From a virus, in the IMG/VR virus record IMGVR_UViG_3300044450_000310: DNA of 64,000 bases. One strand, given 5' to 3'. The translations under genes were made by a program, and so were the position numbers. The notes below the pieces were generated by a model. The model worked only from the letters and a program-made list of their open reading frames with translations, did not search any database and was not told the DNA's origin. Position 1 is the stretch's first letter, and every line of letters starts with the position of its first letter. Positions 58,403-64,000 of this stretch are shown in pieces.

Positions 58403-59347
58403 CTATTTAACCAAGAACTGAGAAAGATTACTCACTAGATAAGAAAGAGCCGAGTACGGCAAATCCATCAAGTCTGTAGTAACCTCTTTCATGTACTTTT
58501 TGGAAGCTACTTTAGCAAACTCAACTTTCTTAGTTGTCCACTCCGCACCGTAGGCTTTCTCACCAAGAGCATTCACATCCTCAAGAGCCTTACCCCATAA
58601 TTCGGATTGTGATTGATCGGTGATTCCGTGATCTGTTACCACACCATCAGAATCAGCTTCAATAGTTTTAGTGTAATCACCATTGATGTTTCCTTGAAGT
58701 TCTTCCAAGTCTTGAGTAAAGATATCTGAAGCTCCCGTTGCAGTAAGAATACCATCAACATGAGCACGTTTTTTACCCATCTTCAGAACCGTATTGAAGG
58801 TATCGGCGATATCAGGATTTTCAACCCTTTCTCCGTTTCCTACCACTCGAACTACTTTCCAAATATTATCAATCTTTTTGCGCTTGTATTTACCAGTACC
58901 AAACTTTTTGACTAGGTAAGCATCACGATCCTGCGGATTATCTTGAGGTATATTCCAATACCCTTTATCAATATCACCAACTACTTCTTCTTTGTATTCT
59001 TTTCGCCAGCGATACTTTGATTCCATGGTCGAACAAATACCCACACCTTGACCAATTATATCTCGCGTATTAATATGAGTGAGCGTACAAATAATCTCAT
59101 ACTCTCGGTGCCCATTGGGAAGATCTTCTTTTTTAATGGTGTAGCTTGGTGAAAGACGAAACAGTACAGAAAGTTTTTCTGCTCCCGCCTTCAGCAAGGT
59201 TGGTTTATTAGTTCCAGGGATTTTGCCGAAATGCTCACCCGCCTTCATAACCGATTTCATTGCTTTTTGGATCACCTGTGCCTGTGCATTTAAACTATCC
59301 ACAGATGCAGGCTCACCAATAGCAATAAGTTGCTTCGAATCAGACAT
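58403..59347 (-). CDS. Putative single-strand annealing recombinase; frame continues past TAG to 58214
   Basis: GKIPGT.KPTLLKAGAEKL..F.L and NTVLKM..KRA.VD..L.ATG.SDIFTQDLEE; lies between Gp157-like and exonuclease genes. Confidence 0.7.
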   Translation of the reverse strand: MSDSKQLIAIGEPASVDSLNAQAQVIQKAMKSVMKAGEHFGKIPGTNKPTLLKAGAEKLSVLFRLSPSYTIKKEDLPNGHREYEIICTLTHINTRDIIGQGVGICSTMESKYRWRKEYKEEVVGDIDKGYWNIPQDNPQDRDAYLVKKFGTGKYKRKKIDNIWKVVRVVGNGERVENPDIADTFNTVLKMGKKRAHVDGILTATGASDIFTQDLEELQGNINGDYTKTIEADSDGVVTDHGITDQSQSELWGKALEDVNALGEKAYGAEWTTKKVEFAKVASKKYMKEVTTDLMDLPYSALSYLVSNLSQFLVK

Positions 59348-59348
59348 C

Positions 59349-60236
59349 TTAGAATCCTCGAAGTCCGTCCTTCACAGTTACATCAATACCCGTTAAAGGC
59401 AGATGCTCTAATCGGTGCTTTAATTCAGCAAAGAACTTATCCTGTTCTTCATCTTCCATATCTTCAGGATCAAGCCCGTCAAACTCTTCAATAAGCTCAG
59501 TTCTGATTTCTCTGCGCTCAAGCACTCGTGCTCGTACAAACTTGTTTACCTCACCCCCTGTTGCAAAAGAGTAATTCGGTAATACTTCTGACAATTCTGA
59601 GGACAGGTTCAAACAAGCTTGAATCATTGGAACAGGATCAAAAGCGATTGGCTCTCCCGTTTCCTCATCGGATGCTTGACCAAGCACTGAGCATAAGGTT
59701 GCTCTTAACTTGCGTAAATGTTCGCCACCAATATTGTAATGAACACTAGCAAGTCCATGCTCTGAAAGAGTATCGTATGCTTGAACTTCATCGGTGATGG
59801 TGCCAGTAATACTCTCAGTTACAATTATATTCTTACCGTCAACTTTCACTTTTCCTTCAGGAAGAGCCTTGACGATTAGAATTACACGATCTTTTAGTCT
59901 CTCAAGATCGTTTTTTCGAGCATTTTCAGTATCTCTAAATGAGTCAGATTGACTCTTGTACATATCCTTGACAGCCTTGGAAGCCACCACTTGCTCATTT
60001 ATCTTGTCTTTCACCCAACGCATTGACTGAACCTTCCCTTCAAGAGAATCTTCAGTTTCAATTAATCGTGCCTGAAGCTCATTGAATAATTCTTCAAAGT
60101 TATCAGGCTCTTCAACTAAAAGCTTTTGCATTTCAAACTTGATAGCGCCAGCATCTTTCAGCATATCGAAAGAGGTCTTTTTTCTTTCAACTACTTCCAC
60201 AGTCTTAGTGTTTTCTTCAATTGTAGTCTGTTGCAT
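59349..60236 (-). CDS. Siphovirus Gp157-like / Gam-like coiled-coil protein
   Basis: N-terminal coiled coil LEGKVQSMRWV...RKNDLERLKDRV; recombination module position. Confidence 0.6.
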   Translation of the reverse strand: MQQTTIEENTKTVEVVERKKTSFDMLKDAGAIKFEMQKLLVEEPDNFEELFNELQARLIETEDSLEGKVQSMRWVKDKINEQVVASKAVKDMYKSQSDSFRDTENARKNDLERLKDRVILIVKALPEGKVKVDGKNIIVTESITGTITDEVQAYDTLSEHGLASVHYNIGGEHLRKLRATLCSVLGQASDEETGEPIAFDPVPMIQACLNLSSELSEVLPNYSFATGGEVNKFVRARVLERREIRTELIEEFDGLDPEDMEDEEQDKFFAELKHRLEHLPLTGIDVTVKDGLRGF

Positions 60237-60278
60237 TTTGTTCTATTTTGGAATTTATGCACATCCCGCTCGTCGGTA

Positions 60279-60291
60279 TGTGTGTTTGTAT
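60279..60291 (-). repeat. ATACAAACACACA motif copy 13
   Basis: Exact; 42 nt before ATG 60236, just after a 9-bp hairpin. Confidence 0.9.
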
Positions 60292-60296
60292 TCATG

Positions 60297-60325
60297 CCTA
60301 CTCCGTTGATTCGGAGTAGGTTTTT
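60297..60325 (+). terminator. Perfect 9-bp hairpin with T-tract on + strand
   Basis: CCTACTCCG-TTGATT-CGGAGTAGG-TTTTT. Confidence 0.65.
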
Positions 60326-60647
60326 ATATTCTCAGTTCTCTCCACTGCTTCACGCAGAAACACAATGGGTTTCCACGTCCGCTAGTAACTCGGTGCTCCA
60401 AGCCATTTTCAGATAAGGCTTTCAACTTTCCATCATTAATCAAGCGACGTATCGTTTTTGCTGGTATTCGCAACACTTCAGGTGCTCGACTAACTTTAAG
60501 TATCCAATACCCATTGATTTCCAATACTCGCTCAAAGTCTTTCACTTCACCAAGCTCATTCTTTACTGGCAGATCAACCAGTGCCATTTGATTGGTAATC
60601 TTTCTAGGTATTAATACTTCAGCTTGCAATTCGATCATCCTGGGCAC
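60324..60647 (-). CDS. Excisionase-like HTH protein
   Basis: LKVSRAPEVLRIPAKTIRRLINDGKLKA (HTH_17-like). Confidence 0.7.
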   Translation of the reverse strand: MPRMIELQAEVLIPRKITNQMALVDLPVKNELGEVKDFERVLEINGYWILKVSRAPEVLRIPAKTIRRLINDGKLKALSENGLEHRVTSGRGNPLCFCVKQWRELRI

Positions 60648-60716
60648 GCTCTAACACCCTCAGTTTTAGCTCAGAGTGTGTTATATTTTCTATTATTTTG
60701 CTGGCTTTTTGGATCA

Positions 60717-60748
60717 TTTAATTACTGTTTTTCTTTTACTTAGATTTG
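60717..60748 (+). promoter_or_regulatory. Candidate Bacteroidota-type promoter (TTTA-20 nt-TAGATTTG), antisense to cro
   Basis: Matches the TAnnTTTG -7 consensus; host sigma specificity unverified. Confidence 0.3.
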
Positions 60749-60777
60749 CATTTGACACCACTGTAAGGAGTTGCGCT

Positions 60778-61041
60778 CTAACCGGTCTTACTTAATAGTT
60801 GGGATTGATGCTTTTGGCGAAGCTCTAAGGCAGCAGCTTCCAGCTTTGATAATCGATCATTAGAAATGGCAGAATCATCATCATTATTTATCAAACGACT
60901 AATAGCTGTAGAAGTAGACTTAATTTTTTCTATTCCAGCTTCTTTACAGACATCAGAAAAAGAAAATTTATCTGAGTTAGCCCCCAACAAAGACCGAAGG
61001 TCTAAAGCCCTTTGTTTCTTTGGTTTTAAATCAAGACTCAC
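60778..61041 (-). CDS. Cro-like small HTH regulator
   Basis: FSFSDVCKEAGI..STSTAISRLIN; divergent from the cI-like gene. Confidence 0.6.
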   Translation of the reverse strand: MSLDLKPKKQRALDLRSLLGANSDKFSFSDVCKEAGIEKIKSTSTAISRLINNDDDSAISNDRLSKLEAAALELRQKHQSQLLSKTG

Positions 61042-61106
61042 TATATATTGACTTAGTTAATGTTAACATGACCAATGTACATACTTCACATACTTTTATC
61101 AACCAT

Positions 61107-61559
61107 ATGTTGAAAGAATTTGATAACTTTGCCGAAGCGTTTGCGTATGGAGTTGATTACTTAGGACTTAAACACGCTTCTATTTATGAAAAAATTGGGA
61201 TGGATAAGGGACAATTCAGTAATATTTATACTGGTGTCGTTAAAAATCCACAGTCTTCAACGCGGAAAAAGTTGACAGAATATGTTGATTTTGAGATAAA
61301 TAAAAATGGTGAATCTTGGCATTTATCTTTGCCAAACTCTCAAGTTAAAAATCAAGTTGCTGAACCAGCTGTTGAATACCGCACCCTCACAATGGAAGCG
61401 AAACGCGAATTATTGGACAGGGTAACCGATGATTTAAAAGAAGTAGTCTCAGACTATAAGGCCATTCGTAAAACTCGAATGCTAGAAGATGCAACACGAG
61501 AACTCACCTTCGATGGTATTGTTAAACGTCTTCAGGATATTATTAAAGAGCTAGATTAA
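61107..61559 (+). CDS. CI-like repressor (N-terminal XRE HTH)
   Basis: LKHASIYEKIGMDKGQFSNIYTG..NP; start uncertain (61020, 61068 or 61107). Confidence 0.7.
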   Translation: MLKEFDNFAEAFAYGVDYLGLKHASIYEKIGMDKGQFSNIYTGVVKNPQSSTRKKLTEYVDFEINKNGESWHLSLPNSQVKNQVAEPAVEYRTLTMEAKRELLDRVTDDLKEVVSDYKAIRKTRMLEDATRELTFDGIVKRLQDIIKELD

Positions 61560-61694
61560 TTTAACTTTTCACAAGTTTTCAACAATTTATTTTAAATTAC
61601 GTACATTATACTTAAGCACCTTCGGGGAACGTTCGATAAGAACTACGTGTACAAGACAAAAATTACTCTCTATTTGCAACCAAACTAACCAACC

Positions 61695-61916
61695 ATGAGC
61701 ACAGTTAAGAGCCATATCAAGTCATTTGGGAAAGGTCTGATTTTTGGAATAAACGAGCTTCTAGACATCGATATCAATTATCGCTACCCGGTTGAAGATG
61801 GAAAATCAATGATTGAAACCGATTCAATGGAAGCAATCAACAATGATATGCGCCGGGTATATGGCGATATTCATAAAGGCGTTGTAAAGTTCAAAAAAGA
61901 AGCTCACGCTGAATAG
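61695..61916 (+). CDS. Small hypothetical of the type found upstream of DUF2335 genes
   Basis: G...LLDI......TD.MEAI.NDM..V.GDI pattern (recollection). Confidence 0.6.
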   Translation: MSTVKSHIKSFGKGLIFGINELLDIDINYRYPVEDGKSMIETDSMEAINNDMRRVYGDIHKGVVKFKKEAHAE

Positions 61917-61981
61917 TGTCAACTGAAGTAGGCCATATCGATGATTTACCTGAAAATGAAAATTAAGGTGAACATCGTGCA

Positions 61982-62416
61982 ATGGTTTATACTGAAACTT
62001 ATTCTGGTCCTATTGCCCGCCCAAATAGCGTAAACGGCATAAACCAAACATATGTATTCACCGATGATTCAAATGAAATTTTTGGATACTACTGCATTTC
62101 ATCTGGAAGTATAACAGCTGACAAGCTCCCAAAGGGCTTCCCCTATGCACAAGTTCCAACGATTAAGCTCGGCCGACTGGCAGTTTCAATTGATCATTCC
62201 GGGAAAGGTATTGGACCTTTTTTATTAACCGATGCAATAGATAGAATTATTGATTTAGCTGATCAAGTTGGCATCTATTGCATAACAGTTGATGCCATTG
62301 ATGAAGAAAAAGTTAGCTTTTACTTACACCACAATTTTACACGATTAGAAGAAGATGGATTCGAATTATTCATGTCCATCGAAAAGGCGCGTTCTAGTAA
62401 AATTAGGAGTATTTAG
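61982..62416 (+). CDS. GNAT acetyltransferase (AtaT/TacT toxin-like), N-terminus atypical
   Basis: GYYCISSGSI, IKLGRLAV...GKGIG..LL.DA, VDA.D..FY...F. Confidence 0.85.
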   Translation: MVYTETYSGPIARPNSVNGINQTYVFTDDSNEIFGYYCISSGSITADKLPKGFPYAQVPTIKLGRLAVSIDHSGKGIGPFLLTDAIDRIIDLADQVGIYCITVDAIDEEKVSFYLHHNFTRLEEDGFELFMSIEKARSSKIRSI

Positions 62417-63371
62417 CAGTGATCTTATTTGGCCGGTTTAAATACTTTCTTACTCTATAACCAACAAATAAGAAGACAGCTAAACCCTGAATGATCCATT
62501 GTAACACCTTCTTAGTCTGTCTAGCTTTAGTTTGTTCAATTTTAGTCTCTAACCTTAAATAATCTTCTGATGCATTCTCAAAAAACACTTCATAGATTTT
62601 TGGTGAAGTCAGCATTAATATTTCTTCAGTTATAATCATCGCAGTTTCATAGTCTTTTTCTGCCTCAATGATTGAAGACTTCATTTCTAAAAACTCCAAT
62701 TTTGTAATCAAAACCGCGTTAGTAGTATCAACCTCATTGATATAGTATTTAGCTGCATTTAAGCTATCAACACTTAAAAAGTATTTTGCCAAATTTGTGC
62801 TATTCCTGTTTTGACGCTTGGTCTTTAAGTTAGAATCAGGATCTATTTTGTCGATGTAATAGTTTGCAGAATCTAAATTAGATATCCACCCATTTTTATC
62901 ACGCAATAATTTCCTCACTGATGCATAATTGTTGTGTGCTACGGCCTTCAAGGAAGGCATGTTATTTGGTATATCAATAACAATTCTTTCAAATAAAGAA
63001 TCTGATTTTTCAAGGTAGTCTAAATTTTTCAGCAGCTGTGCTTTTTTTAGTTGAACATCATAGTACGTGCCTAAATGTGTAAGCGAAAGAATATCTATTT
63101 TATTTATCTCATTATATCCTTTCTCATCGTTGTTATGGTCAATATTTGCACTTGCAACTAGGACTGTTGCATAAGCTAACCAATCACCTTTTACACCTAA
63201 ACTTGACAATCTTTCATAGGTGAAAGATGCAACAGAGTCGGAATAGTTAAAGTCATTGTATCTCTCTTGAATAAAAACATAGGTATCCTCAGCCTCTTCA
63301 TTTAGAAGTTGAGAATATCCACTAAAAGGAAGTAGACTAAGAATACCCAATATGATAAAAAACCGAATCAT
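62403..63371 (-). CDS. Exported TPR-like protein with C-terminal membrane anchor
   Basis: Signal peptide, helical repeats (AVAHNNYASV..NLDSANYY), TM WIIQGLAVFLFVGY, only about 15 residues after it. Confidence 0.75.
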   Translation of the reverse strand: MIRFFIILGILSLLPFSGYSQLLNEEAEDTYVFIQERYNDFNYSDSVASFTYERLSSLGVKGDWLAYATVLVASANIDHNNDEKGYNEINKIDILSLTHLGTYYDVQLKKAQLLKNLDYLEKSDSLFERIVIDIPNNMPSLKAVAHNNYASVRKLLRDKNGWISNLDSANYYIDKIDPDSNLKTKRQNRNSTNLAKYFLSVDSLNAAKYYINEVDTTNAVLITKLEFLEMKSSIIEAEKDYETAMIITEEILMLTSPKIYEVFFENASEDYLRLETKIEQTKARQTKKVLQWIIQGLAVFLFVGYRVRKYLNRPNKITAKYS

Positions 63372-63376
63372 GACAA

Positions 63377-63502
63377 TTAGGTGTTATTACCCCCACCCGG
63401 ACCACCACTTCCAGGATCATTGTCATCGTTGTTATCGCCTTCGTCGCTACCATCACCATTAGGTGAGTTTAACCGAAAATTGTCGAATTTAATTTTTTTC
63501 AT
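63377..63502 (-). CDS. 41-aa peptide (not in ORF track)
   Basis: Hand-translated MKKIKFDNFRLNSPNGDGSDEGDNNDDNDPGSGGPGGGNNT; stops 5 nt before the TPR start. Confidence 0.65.
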   Translation of the reverse strand: MKKIKFDNFRLNSPNGDGSDEGDNNDDNDPGSGGPGGGNNT

Positions 63503-63707
63503 AGCATAAATGTTTATAGTTAATATTTATTACCTTCACTTGTAAGACCACGCCCAAATGAAGTCCTTACAAAAAAAGTGAAATTTTCTGTAAGATGAAA
63601 TTATGTAGAGACTTAGTAGTCTTAACCCAAGTACATACACCCAATATAATTAAGAGTTCCTAATTAATTACTCTGAAGTTGAGAGTCACCCCGACTTATA
63701 AAATGAC

Positions 63708-63738
63708 TTTACAATGATTATTATGATAGATACTTTTG
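63708..63738 (+). promoter_or_regulatory. Candidate promoter TTTA-19 nt-TACTTTTG
   Basis: TAnnTTTG match 4 nt before ATG 63743, so near-leaderless if real. Confidence 0.3.
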
Positions 63739-63742
63739 CAGA

Positions 63743-63904
63743 ATGGCGCATTTTGAACAGACAAAACCAAAAGATATCATCATCTGGATTATTGGCTTAA
63801 TAATTATCACATTATTAGTAGCTTTGCCCGGAATGATCGATGATGTGCCTAGAGATAATTCAGAGCGATTCGATACGCACGATCAATACGATCCAGGATA
63901 CTAA
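63743..63904 (+). CDS. Small single-TM protein, 53 aa (not in ORF track)
   Basis: Hand-translated MAHFEQTKPKDIIIWIIGLIIITLLVALPGMIDDVPRDNSERFDTHDQYDPGY. Confidence 0.6.
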   Translation: MAHFEQTKPKDIIIWIIGLIIITLLVALPGMIDDVPRDNSERFDTHDQYDPGY

Positions 63905-63919
63905 CACACAAACAGAACA

Positions 63920-64000
63920 ATGGCCTCTCTTACTACAGCAAAGGGAGGTAGATATTGGCGAATTAAATTTTTCAATGCGAATAAACGCCCTAAAGAAAAG
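63920..64000 (+). CDS. Probable tyrosine integrase, N-terminal arm-binding fragment (truncated by window end)
   Basis: MASLTTAKGGRYWRIKFFNANKRPKEK resembles integrase N-termini; lysogeny-module position; only 27 codons visible. Confidence 0.5.
   Translation, partial: MASLTTAKGGRYWRIKFFNANKRPKEK

Noticed and set aside
60194-60295. 34-codon uORF MNTNTHTDERD... starting at the motif upstream of the Gp157-like gene
   Set aside because: Out of frame with and overlapping the real gene; the ATG may just reflect the motif's TGAATAC context; no independent support
61695-62416. Standard type II toxin-antitoxin pair (antitoxin + GNAT)
   Set aside because: The 73-aa ORF has no RHH/DUF1778 pattern and is separated from the GNAT by a 65-nt gap containing stops; reported instead as a chimeric locus

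Overview
The whole window reads as one temperate tailed-phage (prophage-like) genome of podovirus type, almost all on the minus strand, with no recognisable host core genes. Read in the sense direction (right to left), it contains: a lysogeny/switch region (integrase N-terminus at the right edge, peptide + TPR gene pair, GNAT gene, divergent cI/cro-like genes, excisionase-like HTH); recombination and replication genes (Gp157-like, SSAP, DEDD exonuclease, DUF2829/Tad2-like, VRR-NUC, replisome organiser, C5 methylase); small accessory ORFs; metallopeptidase, terS, terL; an initiator-type tRNA-Met; ejection-like proteins, including a 4999-aa polyvalent protein; portal, scaffold and major capsid; a lysis cassette; tail adaptor/nozzle genes; a 2081-aa repeat fibre; an antisense outer-membrane beta-barrel moron; two paralogous lectin-like proteins; and a metallophosphoesterase. 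The strongest signal not explained by the genes is the motif AATACAAACACACAT. It occurs 13 times, all in gene-sense orientation, beside start codons that mostly lack a Shine-Dalgarno site. Other notable items are an in-frame TAG in the SSAP gene hiding a 62-codon LPF-tailed extension, an atypical tRNA-fMet, a chimeric GNAT, a peptide/TPR pair in the lysogeny region and a covarying hairpin element present twice. All family assignments come from motif recognition by eye, not database searches. An FCB-group (Bacteroidota/Rhodothermota-like) host is only an inference.
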